From Deltaproteobacteria bacterium (GTDB lineage Bacteria; Desulfobacterota_D; UBA1144; Nemesobacterales; UBA2774): a stretch of DNA of 64,000 nt. Shown in pieces: positions 27,000-37,712 of the stretch; positions within the stretch are counted from its first letter, which is position 1; the number at the start of each line of letters is the position of its first letter. Below the pieces are notes generated by a model that had not been told where the DNA came from, did no database searches, and saw only the letters and a program-made list of their open reading frames with translations. Both the position numbers and the translations under genes were made by a program. The DNA lies in the NCBI GenBank assembly GCA_029262275.1, contig JAJCZS010000007.1, forward strand, positions 58,785-122,784, given 5' to 3'.

Positions 27000-28079
27000 A
27001 TGAAAAAAACCACATTGAATTCTATTCACAAAGAGCTTGGGGCAAAAATGGTCGAGTTTGCGGGCTGGGAAATGCCAGTTCAATATGAGGGAGTCAGAAA
27101 GGAGCATCTGGCTGTTAGAAAATCTGCTGGCTTATTTGATGTAAGCCACATGGGGGAGATAGAAGTTCGGGGGAGTGATGCAATAGAATTCTCACAGTGG
27201 GTTACTACTAACGATGTAAAAAAAATAGAAAACTTCCAAGCTCAATATACACTTTTATGTAATACCCAGGGTGGGGTAGTTGATGACGTAATTATATATA
27301 AATTCTCTGATGAGCATTTTTTGTTTTGTGTAAATGCTTCTAACAGCGATAAAGATTTTGAGTGGATTAAAAAAGAAGAAGGCAAATTTGATGTTGAGGT
27401 TACAGACAAAAGTTCCGAGTACTCCCAGATTGCAATACAAGGCCCTGATTCTAAAACCATATTGAGTGATGCTATAGAAACAGACTTAGATAATATTAAA
27501 AAGTTTCGTTTTGAAATTATTAATTGGAATGGCTATGACATGATCGTTGCAAGAACTGGGTACACCGGTGAGGAAGGATTTGAAATATTTTTGCCTTGGG
27601 ACGGAGCTCCTTCATTGTGGGAGAAGTTGATGCATGCTGGAGCCGGATTCGATATTAAACCCTGCGGGCTTGCAGCGCGCGACACACTTAGAATCGAAAT
27701 GGGTTATTCCTTATATGGGCATGAGATCGATGAGGATACAAACCCGCTTGAAGCAGGCCTAGGCAGATATATAAAGCTAGACGGCGATGATTTTATTGGC
27801 AGAGATGCCCTAGCGGAGTCAGTGGATGAAGGACTCTCAAATATTCTTGTCGGGTTTGAGTTGATAGAGCGCGGTATTCCTAGAGAGGGCTACGGTATAT
27901 TTAAAAATGATACTTTTCTTGGTAATGTTACTAGTGGAACTTTATCCCCAAGTCTTGATAAATCTATCGGCTTGGGTTATTTAAATAGTAAAGTAGAACA
28001 TGATGATGTAATACAAATCCAGATTAGAGATAGCTTAAGGGATGCCAAGATAGTTAGTATCCCGTTTTATAGTAAGTAG
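27000..28079 (+). CDS. gcvT: glycine cleavage system T protein (aminomethyltransferase)
   Basis: N-terminal [26 protein letters not shown]…LFDVSHMG. 359 aa. Directly followed by gcvH and gcvP. Confidence 0.9.
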   Translation: [359 protein letters not shown]

Positions 28080-28096
28080 ATTCTTAATAAGGAGAT

Positions 28097-28498
28097 TTGA
28101 TTATGGCACAGGTAGTTGAAGAGCTTAAATATACTAAAGATCACGAGTGGGCACATGAAGAAGGAGATGTGCTTGTGATTGGAATAACTGATCATGCTCA
28201 GGATTCACTTGGGGAAATCGTCTATATTGAGCTTCCAAGTGAGGGAGATGAAATTACAAAAGGAGACCCTTTTGGTGCTGTTGAGTCTACCAAAGCTGTA
28301 TCTGATCTCTATGCTCCTGTGAGCGGTGATGTTGTGGAAGTAAATGAAGTTCTTTTAGATTCACCTGAGTTGATTAATAGCGATCCCTTTGGGGAAGGCT
28401 GGATGATTAAAGTAAAGGTGTATGATCCAGGTGAGCTGGATGACTTAATGGATTTTGAGGGTTATAATGATTTTGTTGAAAACGAGATCGAGGAATAG
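28097..28498 (+). CDS. gcvH: glycine cleavage system H protein
   Basis: Lipoyl-lysine motif (AVESTKAVSDLYAPVSG). ~130 aa. Confidence 0.9.
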   Translation: MIMAQVVEELKYTKDHEWAHEEGDVLVIGITDHAQDSLGEIVYIELPSEGDEITKGDPFGAVESTKAVSDLYAPVSGDVVEVNEVLLDSPELINSDPFGEGWMIKVKVYDPGELDDLMDFEGYNDFVENEIEE

Positions 28499-28616
28499 AA
28501 CTCCTATAATACAGACTTGTTTTTTAGAAGTATCTTTTAAGTAGTTTACTGCTCATTTTATCGTGTTCACCTCTCGGTTTTGCATTAAATAGTTCATAAT
28601 ATTCAATTATCTTTTT

Positions 28617-31550
28617 ATGATGATGACTATAGACCTGAATAAAAATAATAGATTTGATTCAAGACATATAGGTCCTGATAAGTCTGAATTGGAATCTATG
28701 TTAGAGCATATTGGCTTAAGTTCACTTGATGAGCTTGTAGACAATATAGTTCCTTCCTCAATTAGGATGAAAGGTCCACTAAACTTACCTGGTCCAATAA
28801 GTGAGGCGGCGTTATTAAATGACCTCTCTGATATATCTAAGCTAAATAAAGTTTTTAAATCCTATATAGGTTTGGGGTATTATGACTGTGTCACCCCAGG
28901 CGTTATACAGCGCAATATTTTAGAGAACCCTGGATGGTATACACAGTATACGCCCTATCAGGCTGAGATATCCCAAGGCCGACTTGAAGCTCTTCTTAAT
29001 TTCCAGACAATGGTAAGCGACCTTACAGGTATGGAGATTGCAAACGCATCTCTTTTGGATGAAGCCACGGCTGCGGCTGAAGCTATGACGATGCTACACC
29101 GTGTTAAGGATAAAAAGTTAAAAGGTAGTGATGCAAATAGTTTTTTTGTTTCTGAGCAGTGCTTTCCACAAACGATTGATCTGCTTCGTACAAGATCAGA
29201 GCCCCTAGGGATTAAACTTATTATTGGAGACCATAGGGAGTTTGAATTTGACGATGAGGTATTTGGAGTGCTTCTTCAATACCCTTGTGGGGATGGTGAA
29301 GTTCAGGACTATTCCGATTTTGTCGAAAGCGCTCATGGTAAAGCCATATTGGTTGCAGTTGCTGCAGATCTACTTAGCTTAACCCTGCTCACCCCACCAG
29401 GAGAGTTTGGTGCCGATGTGGTTGTAGGTTCATCTCAGCGCTTCGGAGTCCCTATGGGATACGGAGGACCACATGCAGCCTATTTTGCTACCTTTGAGAA
29501 TTTTGCTCGTCAGGTTCCCGGCAGAATCATAGGTGTCTCTATAGATTCCAGTGGTGAGCCAGCATATAGGATGGCACTACAAACCAGAGAGCAACATATA
29601 AGACGTGAGAAGGCTACATCTAATATTTGTACAGCGCAGGCACTCCTTGCTATTATGGCTGGCATGTACGCTGTGTATCATGGACCTGAGGGACTGAGAG
29701 CTATTGCTAGTAACATTCATGTGATGGCTAGACTCTTGGAAACAGAACTTGGCAGTCTCGGTTTTGAGCAAGCTAATAATTATTATTTCGACACCTTAAA
29801 AATAGATCTAAATGATCCTTCAGGTAAAAGGATGAACAATCTCAGATCAATTGCTGAGAGGGAAAAAATAAATTTTAGATATATTTCTCAAAATCTTGTC
29901 GGTATAACAGTAGACGAAACAACTGAACTTCAAGACCTTGATAAAATAATAAGAATATTCTCTGATCTTGACGGGAAAACATATGATTCTGAGATAGAGA
30001 GCATTAACATAGATAATCTTGGAGAAAATCTTCCCAAGAATTTACTTCGTCAAAGTGAATTTCTCTCTCATGAGGTATACAACAAATACCACACCGAAAC
30101 CAAAATGCTTCGCTATATAAAGAGACTGGAGAATAAAGATTTATCTCTAACTTCATCTATGATACCCCTTGGCTCCTGCACCATGAAACTAAATGCTACA
30201 ACCCAAATGGTGCCAGTTACCTGGGCTGAATTCTCAAAACTTCATCCATTTGTACCTAGAGACCAAGCGGCTGGATATGAAAAAATATTTGGTGAGCTCG
30301 AGTCATATCTTGCAGAGATTACAGGGCTGCCCGGCGTTTCCCTTCAGCCCAATTCGGGTGCTCAGGGTGAATATGCAGGGCTTATGGTAATAAGGGCATA
30401 TCATACAGATATGGGAGAAACACAAAGGGATGTTGCGTTGATTCCATCATCTGCTCATGGTACCAATCCCGCCAGCGCTGCAATGGCCGGAATGAAAGTT
30501 GTGGTAGTGAAATGCGATGACCGAGGCAATATCGATATAGATGATTTGAAAGAGAAAGCAAAGAAATATAAAGACACTTTATCTGCAATAATGGTTACTT
30601 ATCCTTCAACACACGGCGTATTCGAGGAAAGTATTAAAGAAATATGCAAGATTATTCATAAAAACGGCGGGCTTGTATATATGGATGGGGCAAATATGAA
30701 TGCTCAGGTCGGTCTTACTAGCCCATCTATTATAGGGGCAGACGTATGTCACATAAACCTTCATAAAACCTTTAGCATCCCACATGGGGGAGGGGGTCCT
30801 GGTATGGGCCCGATTTGTGTAGCAGAACACCTCACTCCATATTTGCCCGGGCATGCGGTTGTGGAATTAGGCGGCGAAAAGTCGATCCCTGCCGTATCTG
30901 CTACTCCCTGGGGCAGCTCAAGCATAATGCTGGTCTCTTATATTTATATTAGGTTGTTAGGAGCTAAGGGAGTTACTGATGCGACCAAATATGCCATATT
31001 AAATGCCAATTACTTAAAATCTCATTTAGAGAGGTTTTACAATGTTCTCTACACAGGTAGTAGCGGAAGAGTTGCCCATGAATTCATTTTGGATTTAAGG
31101 GTTTTCAAAAAAGAAGCCGGCATAGAGGTAGAAGACGTTGCAAAAAGGCTTATGGATTACGGCTTTCATGCTCCAACTGTGTCTTGGCCGGTTGCAGGAA
31201 CTATGATGATAGAGCCAACGGAGAGCGAGGCTAAGGATGAGCTTGACCGTTTTTCTGAAGCTCTAATATATATATATAAAGAAATGAGAGAGATAGCTGA
31301 CGGGACTGCGGACAGAGATGATAATGTGCTAAAAAATGCACCTCATACCTCAAAAGAAATTGCTAGTGATAAGTGGAATCATGTCTATTCAAGAAAGAAA
31401 GCAGTCTTTCCACTCCCATACTTAAAAGAAAATAAATTCTGGCCACCGGTCGGTAGAATCGATAACCCATATGGGGACAGAAACCTTGTATGCTCCTGTC
31501 CACCTGTGGAATCCTATGAAGATTTACCCATGTTCATTCCGTCTAAATGA
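28617..31550 (+). CDS. gcvP: glycine dehydrogenase (decarboxylating), single-chain P protein
   Basis: 977 aa with both halves fused. PLP-Lys in [22 protein letters not shown]-terminal [29 protein letters not shown]. Confidence 0.95.
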   Translation: MMMTIDLNKNNRFDSRHIGPDKSELESMLEHIGLSSLDELVDNIVPSSIRMKGPLNLPGPISEAALLNDLSDISKLNKVFKSYIGLGYYDCVTPGVIQRNILENPGWYTQYTPYQAEISQGRLEALLNFQTMVSDLTGMEIANASLLDEATAAAEAMTMLHRVKDKKLKGSDANSFFVSEQCFPQTIDLLRTRSEPLGIKLIIGDHREFEFDDEVFGVLLQYPCGDGEVQDYSDFVESAHGKAILVAVAADLLSLTLLTPPGEFGADVVVGSSQRFGVPMGYGGPHAAYFATFENFARQVPGRIIGVSIDSSGEPAYRMALQTREQHIRREKATSNICTAQALLAIMAGMYAVYHGPEGLRAIASNIHVMARLLETELGSLGFEQANNYYFDTLKIDLNDPSGKRMNNLRSIAEREKINFRYISQNLVGITVDETTELQDLDKIIRIFSDLDGKTYDSEIESINIDNLGENLPKNLLRQSEFLSHEVYNKYHTETKMLRYIKRLENKDLSLTSSMIPLGSCTMKLNATTQMVPVTWAEFSKLHPFVPRDQAAGYEKIFGELESYLAEITGLPGVSLQPNSGAQGEYAGLMVIRAYHTDMGETQRDVALIPSSAHGTNPASAAMAGMKVVVVKCDDRGNIDIDDLKEKAKKYKDTLSAIMVTYPSTHGVFEESIKEICKIIHKNGGLVYMDGANMNAQVGLTSPSIIGADVCHINLHKTFSIPHGGGGPGMGPICVAEHLTPYLPGHAVVELGGEKSIPAVSATPWGSSSIMLVSYIYIRLLGAKGVTDATKYAILNANYLKSHLERFYNVLYTGSSGRVAHEFILDLRVFKKEAGIEVEDVAKRLMDYGFHAPTVSWPVAGTMMIEPTESEAKDELDRFSEALIYIYKEMREIADGTADRDDNVLKNAPHTSKEIASDKWNHVYSRKKAVFPLPYLKENKFWPPVGRIDNPYGDRNLVCSCPPVESYEDLPMFIPSK

Positions 31551-31556
31551 CAAAAG

Positions 31557-32444
31557 CTATTTCTTGTCTTGGAGCACACTATCAACGTTGATAAGCGGAA
31601 CACCACTACCTCCGGTGAACCTTGGCAATGTGCCGTCCCATTTTTCTGCAAGTCTGAGCTGGATCAACTGAGGATTGTTCTTAAGCGCTTTAGCCTCTCT
31701 AGCGATAGCATCAGCTTTTGCCTTTGAAGAGGCTTCAATCTCATAAGCTTCACCATCAGCGGCGAGCTTACGTTCCTGATAACCGGCCTCAGCTTGGGTT
31801 ACCCTTCTTGTTTTCTCATTTATAGCTTGAAGCGCTTCCTGCTCGGCTCTTACTTTAAGCTCAATCGCTTTATTAAACTCTACTGAGAATTCAAAATCTG
31901 TAATAGCGACGTTAGCTATTTTGAGCGCTGTAGGGACCTTCTTGTCTAGAAGTGTGACGTTTATAAAGTTTTCTATTGCTTTTTGAATCTGCTGTTTAAC
32001 CTCGGCTCTCCTGGTTACAAGCTGCTCAGCTGTAAACTGGGCTGCAACTGCTTTTACCGATTCCTGAATAGCGGGTTCAATTACCGTTGCCGCTACAACT
32101 TCGCGTTGTCCAATTCTTTGATAGGTCTGGGGAGCCACAGGTCCCAAGATCGAATACTGAACTGTAACCTGAGTTTCCACTGTCTGAAGATCCTTCGAAG
32201 CAGCAGCAGATTTTGACTTAGCCTTCGTAAGCCTTATATCAACTTGTTCTACTTTATCTAGAAAAGGCTTTTTTAAATGAAAGCCTTCAGGTAGAGGATG
32301 AGGCTGAACAGCTCCCAGAGTTCTTATAACTCCTACGTGTCCACTGTCGACTATTACGAATGCACTTGTTGCAAGCACAATCACTAATATTATAATTATT
32401 GGGTATAAAAAGTTTAAATTTTCAAGCTTAGGTCTTGAAGCCAT
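31557..32444 (-). CDS. SPFH/band-7 family membrane protein (HflC/prohibitin-like)
   Basis: N-terminal TM anchor, then an SPFH domain and coiled-coil (…VIRTLGAVQP…, heptad-rich C-half). Confidence 0.7.
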   Translation of the reverse strand: MASRPKLENLNFLYPIIIILVIVLATSAFVIVDSGHVGVIRTLGAVQPHPLPEGFHLKKPFLDKVEQVDIRLTKAKSKSAAASKDLQTVETQVTVQYSILGPVAPQTYQRIGQREVVAATVIEPAIQESVKAVAAQFTAEQLVTRRAEVKQQIQKAIENFINVTLLDKKVPTALKIANVAITDFEFSVEFNKAIELKVRAEQEALQAINEKTRRVTQAEAGYQERKLAADGEAYEIEASSKAKADAIAREAKALKNNPQLIQLRLAEKWDGTLPRFTGGSGVPLINVDSVLQDKK

Positions 32445-32530
32445 AATTGTAAAACCCCCATTATTTTTTAGAATTTTCTAATATAATATACTAGATTGGA
32501 TACCTTATAGGTTATATCAAAATCATGTAA

Positions 32531-34225
32531 TTACCAGCTAACGTCTGTGACTCTGAGTCTAATATCTTTTCTACCGTTCCACATGTTAAACTCAGGTATA
32601 AAAACCATATCTACCTTATTGGGTAAGGTGGAGGGTTCTTTCATGTTAAACCATATTGCATCATATGTCTTAGCACCATTTTTTACTTTAAAACCCAGAT
32701 GCTTGTCTTTAAATATTCGCTGAGATATTACTTCAACTTCTTTGGATAAGAGCACAGGTTCCGGGTTCCCAATTCCAAAAGGTGCAAGCAAATCAAGCTC
32801 AGAGATTAAGTCTTCTGTTATATTATCAAGCCCAACTGAGCAATCGATTATTACTTTGCGCTCATATTGTTCTTGTGTTGTTTCAAGAGCTTTATCAAAC
32901 ATTGCTCTAAATTTTTCAATGTTTTCTTCTCTGATTGATATACCGGCTGCTAATTCATGTCCGCCAAATTGAAGGAAAAGCTCCCTACACTCAGACAAAG
33001 CAGCATAAATATTAATTCCGTCCAAACTTCTTCCCGAGCCTTTGCCCACACCATCATGATCAATAGCAATTAATATTGTAGGTTTCTCATATCTGTCCAC
33101 AATCCTTGAAGCTACGATTCCTATGATCCCTGGGTGCCAGTTTTTAGATGCTAGAACGATAGAGTTTTTAGCTATTATCTCAGGATTGGATTCGAGCTCG
33201 GAGATTGCTTCCTTTATAATCCCAGCCTCGGTGTTCTGTCTATTTGTATTCTCTTTGTTAAGTCCTTTGGCTAACTCTCTTGCATCTTCTAAGTCATTTG
33301 AGATAAAAAGTTTGACCGCGTTGTCCGCAGTGCCCATTCTGCCGGAAGCGTTTATTCTAGGGCCCAATTTAAAGCCTAAATCATAAGATCTAACTTCGCC
33401 TTTAATGCTGCTTGCCTCTTTTAAAGCTTGTACACCCAGACGTTTTGGGCTTTGCATTCTCTTTATGCCTTCTTTTACTAAAATTCGATTTACATCAAGC
33501 AAGGGGGCACAGTCGGCTACGGTACCAAGCGCTACAAGGTCTAAATAATCCCCTAAATTTGGCTCCCCGTTAGTAAAAAATCCTTCATCCCTAAGTGCAC
33601 GCCTAAGAGCAATAACCAGATTGAAAATTACACCCACGCCAACTATTTCTTTTGCCGGGTACTTACAGCCTGCAAGTTTGGGATTCAATACGGATACGGC
33701 TTGTGGAAGCTGCTCAGGGGGTTTATGGTGGTCAGTAACTATAAAGTCGACGCCAAGCTCTTTGGCCTGCTCAACTTCGCTAAAAGCGGTTATACCGCAA
33801 TCACCTGAGATTATGAGGCTGACCCCTTCCTTGGCCAATTTCTTGATTGCGTCAATATTTATACCGTATCCCTCTTTTATTCTATCAGGATTATAGTAGG
33901 TAACATTTGCTTCTAAGGTTTTTAGAAAGGTATAGAGGAGCGCGGTTGAAGTTACTCCGTCAACGTCGTAGTCGCCGTAAATGGCCACCTTTTCTTTATC
34001 CTCAAGTGCTTTCTTGATTCTCTCAATAGCCTTCTCCATCCCCTTCATTAGATAGGGTGATGGGAGATCAAACAGTGTGCAGTTCAAGAAAAGATTTGCT
34101 TCAGTTTCATTTTCAATGCCGCGATTTATAAGGATTTGTGCTGTGATAGGGGATATGTCAAGACTCTTAGATAGCTTATCCGTTAGCTTTGTATTCTCTT
34201 TTTCTAATATCCAATTACTTTTCAT
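32531..34225 (-). CDS. recJ: single-stranded-DNA-specific exonuclease RecJ
   Basis: DHH motifs (VAIYGDYDVDGVTS, DHH in IVTDHHKP) and the DHHA1 region (GGHELAAG). Confidence 0.85.
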   Translation of the reverse strand: MKSNWILEKENTKLTDKLSKSLDISPITAQILINRGIENETEANLFLNCTLFDLPSPYLMKGMEKAIERIKKALEDKEKVAIYGDYDVDGVTSTALLYTFLKTLEANVTYYNPDRIKEGYGINIDAIKKLAKEGVSLIISGDCGITAFSEVEQAKELGVDFIVTDHHKPPEQLPQAVSVLNPKLAGCKYPAKEIVGVGVIFNLVIALRRALRDEGFFTNGEPNLGDYLDLVALGTVADCAPLLDVNRILVKEGIKRMQSPKRLGVQALKEASSIKGEVRSYDLGFKLGPRINASGRMGTADNAVKLFISNDLEDARELAKGLNKENTNRQNTEAGIIKEAISELESNPEIIAKNSIVLASKNWHPGIIGIVASRIVDRYEKPTILIAIDHDGVGKGSGRSLDGINIYAALSECRELFLQFGGHELAAGISIREENIEKFRAMFDKALETTQEQYERKVIIDCSVGLDNITEDLISELDLLAPFGIGNPEPVLLSKEVEVISQRIFKDKHLGFKVKNGAKTYDAIWFNMKEPSTLPNKVDMVFIPEFNMWNGRKDIRLRVTDVSW

Positions 34226-34291
34226 TATGTCACTATTTATAGAGAAGCTAATCTTAAAGAAGTTATGTTAGTGAAAATTAGACAAATAATA

Positions 34292-34732
34292 TCAGGACTT
34301 TTCTTTTAGATAATCTACCAGTCCGCTTAGACCTAGGAAATAGCTGTTGATTCCAAATCCAGATATGACTCCCAGAGCCACTCCAGAGATAAATGACTTC
34401 TGTCTGAAATCTTCGCGTTTGTGCACATTTGATATATGTACTTCTACTACAGGTAGTCCACAGGATAGTATAGCATCCCTAATGGCAACACTAGTGTGGG
34501 TATAGGCCCCTGGGTTGATTACTATTCCGTCACTATTAGACATGGACTCTTGAATGGTGCTTACGATTTCTCCCTCTGAGTTGGACTGAAAAAACGAGAT
34601 ATCTACGCCCCATTCTTCTGCCTTTTCTGCAAGCGAGTTATTAATCTCCTGCAGTGTGGTGGCGCCGTAAATATCAGGCTCCCTTTTTCCAAGCATATTA
34701 AGATTTGGTCCGTGGATAATTAATATCTTCAT
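34292..34732 (-). CDS. aroQ: 3-dehydroquinate dehydratase type II
   Basis: NPGAYTHTSVAIRDA and HISNVHKREDFRQKS signature motifs. 146 aa. Confidence 0.9.
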   Translation of the reverse strand: MKILIIHGPNLNMLGKREPDIYGATTLQEINNSLAEKAEEWGVDISFFQSNSEGEIVSTIQESMSNSDGIVINPGAYTHTSVAIRDAILSCGLPVVEVHISNVHKREDFRQKSFISGVALGVISGFGINSYFLGLSGLVDYLKEKS

Positions 34733-34740
34733 TTTTCCTC

Positions 34741-35451
34741 TCAGCCCTCAGGGTTGAATCCTGCACTTCTGTTCATTTTATTTAACTTGGTTTTCTCTAA
34801 CTTTTCAATTGCGGAATTTCTTTGGGCCTCATCCGAGTATATATTATCTGCAACTTCCCTTGCTTTATCGTACTCGCCTTGTTTCATATAAAGGTTAAAC
34901 ATTGTCTCCGTATAGACCTCACTATTTATTGCTGAATCATCAATTTTGATTTCATTTACTTTTCTTGATTCAATTGGGGTTTCAAATGCACGGCCGGATA
35001 GCTCAAGCTCATTTTGAGAGATTACATCTTTGATCTCATTAATTTCACAAACTAGATCATTGTCATCTGTGTGAAATACGTAGGCTCCCTCAAGTGTCTC
35101 AAGTGCTCTACTGAATCTATCCTCACTTTTGTAAATTTGAGAGAGCAACCTTGCTGCTTGCAAGTTGTCAGGGGTGAGTTCCAGCACTCTCTCCATTTCT
35201 TTTTTTGCTTGCTCTATGAGCCATCTGTCATAATAGATTTTTCCCAATAAAAACCTAGCAGTAACGTTATTCTTATTATGGCCTAGACCTCTAATAAGTA
35301 CTCCAATGGCTTTATCTACCTTACCTTGTTTACAGAGTACATCTGCAAGCTGGCAAAAGGCATTGGACTTGGGCTCAGCGGAGAGTATTTCTTCATACTT
35401 CTGCTCCAAAACCATAAGTTCGTTATCTTCTTCGTGTTCTTTATGACACAT
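34741..35451 (-). CDS. TPR-repeat protein (236 aa)
   Basis: Three or four tetratricopeptide-like repeats (…AIGVLIRGLGHNKNNVTARFLLGKIYYD…, …AARLLSQIYKSEDRFSRALETLEGA…). 8 nt upstream of aroQ. Confidence 0.5.
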   Translation of the reverse strand: MCHKEHEEDNELMVLEQKYEEILSAEPKSNAFCQLADVLCKQGKVDKAIGVLIRGLGHNKNNVTARFLLGKIYYDRWLIEQAKKEMERVLELTPDNLQAARLLSQIYKSEDRFSRALETLEGAYVFHTDDNDLVCEINEIKDVISQNELELSGRAFETPIESRKVNEIKIDDSAINSEVYTETMFNLYMKQGEYDKAREVADNIYSDEAQRNSAIEKLEKTKLNKMNRSAGFNPEG

Positions 35452-35736
35452 ATCATTTTCAGGATATTTGCATCTAAATTAAGAGTCAAGTTTTAATTCT
35501 AAATTGTACAAATACGCACAATTCTCAAGTGTCATATCCCACAGAAATTAGCGCAAAGTGTTGAACGTTCGTTTGTTGCGCTTACCCTAACTACTATTAA
35601 TTGTTCAACATTTATTTTTCTGAGTTTCTGGCACTAAGGTTGCACCATTTAATCCATATTATAATGAGCTTACGTAGACTTTGAAAGATGAAAACATCTA
35701 AATAGTTATTTATTAAAAGAAGGAGGAGGACAGTCA

Positions 35737-37638
35737 ATGTGTAAATTGGTGGCAGTATTCTTAATATGCTTTCTTATGTCGGCCCCGGCTTGGAGCTATT
35801 ATGTGGAAGATGGAAAGGTGCATGATGACAGCGGGCAAGTAATTAATCTCTACGGTGTTAGCTGGTTTGGGTTTGAGACTAATAATCATGTGGTTCATGG
35901 CCTGTGGGCAAGGAACTGGAAGGATATGGTCAATCAGATCAAGGGACTTGGATTCACTGCGATTAGGCTTCCGTTTTGTCCTGATACTTTAGACAACACA
36001 GCTGTTACAAGCATCAATTATTCACTCAACCCAGATCTTCAGGGTCTTAACTCTCTTGATATAATGGATAGGGTTATTGAAGAGCTTGACCGACAGGGTT
36101 TTTATATTCTATTGGATCATCACACCTCTGACTGCCAGACAATCGAGGACCTCTGGTATACAAGTACCTATAGTGAAGAGGAATGGATTCAGGACCTAGT
36201 CTTTGTTACAGATAGATATCAAAATGTGGAGCGAGTATTTGCAATAGATCTAAAGAACGAGCCTCACGGTCCAGCCACCTGGGGAACTGGAAATATCTCC
36301 ACCGATTGGAACCTAGCAGCCGAGCGGGCTGCATCTGAGGTACTAGATGCTAACCCTGATTTATTAGTACTTGTTCAGGGTATTGAGAGCAACCCCATAT
36401 GCTCAGGCTCAATTAATCATTGGTGGGGCGGCAATCTTGAACCGTTTGATTGTTTCCCGCTCAATATTCCTTATGACAAATTAGTTTTGAGTCCTCATGT
36501 TTACGGGCCTGATGTTTTTGCTCAGCCATATTTTAATGATTCCAATTTTCCAAACAACATGCCCGACATCTGGGAGACGCACTTTGGATATCTAGTAGAT
36601 AGAGGTCATGCGGTAATTATTGGAGAATTCGGCGGCCGCTACGGAAATGGCGGTGATCCAAAAGACAAACAATGGCAAGACGCACTAATTAATTATATGG
36701 ACCAAAAGGGCATGACCGATTTTTTCTATTGGTCATGGAATCCAAATAGTGGTGATACCGGAGGGATTTTGCAAGATAATTGGCAGGACGTGTGGGAGGA
36801 TAAAATTACGCTACTGGGTCAGTTGATGGATGGGTCTAATCCACCTCCCACACCCTCTGCATGTTCTGACGGCATAGATAATGACAACGACGGTCTAATT
36901 GATTTTCCTCAGGACCCTGGTTGTGACAATGCAGATGATAATGATGAGTTTAATGAGACTCAGGGAGGAGAGGGCGTCACAGCAGATGTAAATATAAACA
37001 ACGACTGGGGCAGTGGTTATTGCGCTGATGTAGCTGTTACAAACAACACGCAGAGCGCCTCTGACTGGACTGTTACTTTTCAGATAGATGGAACAGTAAG
37101 GGATATATGGAACGCAAGCTATTCTCAAAATGGAGATCAAGTTACTGCCCAGGGCGTGTCATGGAATAACATAGTCAATGCCGGGCAATCAGTAGAGTTT
37201 GGTTTTTGTGCCGAAAGAGGAGTACAGCCGACCCCTCCACCACCAACGCCTGCTCCTACACCACAACCAACACCCGCGCCTACTCCACAGCCAACGCCTA
37301 TGCCTACTCCCGAACCTACACCACCACCTCCAACGCCGATGCCTACCCCACAACCGACACCAGCTCCGACTCCTCCACCAACAGGCGGAGACGTTACTGC
37401 GAGCGTTACTATCAATGACGACTGGGGAGCTGGATACTGCGCTCAGGTAGATGTTACGAACAACACTTCTACATCTCAAGACTGGGTTGTCTCATTTCCT
37501 ATAGAGGGAGAGCTCAGGAATTTATGGAACGCGGTTTATGAACAAGCCGGAAGTACAGTAACAGCTGAGGGAGTTTCTTGGAACAACGTGGTTCAGCCTG
37601 GGGGGACAGCGAACTTCGGATTTTGTGCTAATAGATAG
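35737..37638 (+). CDS. secreted GH5 endoglucanase (cellulase) with Pro/Thr linker and two CBM2 carbohydrate-binding modules
   Basis: Signal peptide and strong SD (AAGGAGGAGG). GH5 catalytic Glu motifs NEP (DLKNEPHGP) and GEFGG (AVIIGEFGGRY). A first CBM2-like module (W…G…V.N…W…W…G…FGFC) precedes a ~50-aa (PTPxPTP)n linker, which is followed by a second CBM2 module. Confidence 0.8.
   Translation: MCKLVAVFLICFLMSAPAWSYYVEDGKVHDDSGQVINLYGVSWFGFETNNHVVHGLWARNWKDMVNQIKGLGFTAIRLPFCPDTLDNTAVTSINYSLNPDLQGLNSLDIMDRVIEELDRQGFYILLDHHTSDCQTIEDLWYTSTYSEEEWIQDLVFVTDRYQNVERVFAIDLKNEPHGPATWGTGNISTDWNLAAERAASEVLDANPDLLVLVQGIESNPICSGSINHWWGGNLEPFDCFPLNIPYDKLVLSPHVYGPDVFAQPYFNDSNFPNNMPDIWETHFGYLVDRGHAVIIGEFGGRYGNGGDPKDKQWQDALINYMDQKGMTDFFYWSWNPNSGDTGGILQDNWQDVWEDKITLLGQLMDGSNPPPTPSACSDGIDNDNDGLIDFPQDPGCDNADDNDEFNETQGGEGVTADVNINNDWGSGYCADVAVTNNTQSASDWTVTFQIDGTVRDIWNASYSQNGDQVTAQGVSWNNIVNAGQSVEFGFCAERGVQPTPPPPTPAPTPQPTPAPTPQPTPMPTPEPTPPPPTPMPTPQPTPAPTPPPTGGDVTASVTINDDWGAGYCAQVDVTNNTSTSQDWVVSFPIEGELRNLWNAVYEQAGSTVTAEGVSWNNVVQPGGTANFGFCANR
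37228..37383 (+). repeat. GC-rich Pro-Thr linker-encoding microrepeat (ccNacNccN)n inside the cellulase gene
   Basis: Low-complexity run of ACN/CCN codons (…acgcctgctcctacaccacaaccaacacccgcgcctactccacagcc…). Its GC content is far higher than the surrounding DNA. Confidence 0.7.
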
Positions 37639-37654
37639 GCCTATTATCATTAAG

Positions 37655-37712
37655 AAGAGGGGTGGATGATTTCCTCTTGCAAGTAACCTATTTGCCCCTC
37701 TTCGCTTTATTC
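37655..37712 (+). terminator. putative terminator between the convergent cellulase and murJ genes
   Basis: AAGAGGGG (37655-62) pairs with CCCCTCTT (37695-702), with an inner hairpin AAGAGG…CCTCTT, followed by a T-rich tract (cgctttattcttaaaatcttttt). Confidence 0.35.

Noticed and set aside
28499-28616. Possible regulatory RNA/terminator between gcvH and gcvP
   Set aside because: No stable hairpin with a U-tract and no riboswitch-like conserved cores. Most likely just an intercistronic spacer.
37137-37480. ORF-track ORFs 37137-37415, 37189-37479, 37199-37450 and 37206-37418 (Gly/Val-rich, Arg/Trp-rich, etc.)
   Set aside because: All are alternative-frame or antisense readings of the low-complexity Pro-Thr linker DNA inside the cellulase gene. 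Open frames are a by-product of the repetitive CCN/ACN codons.
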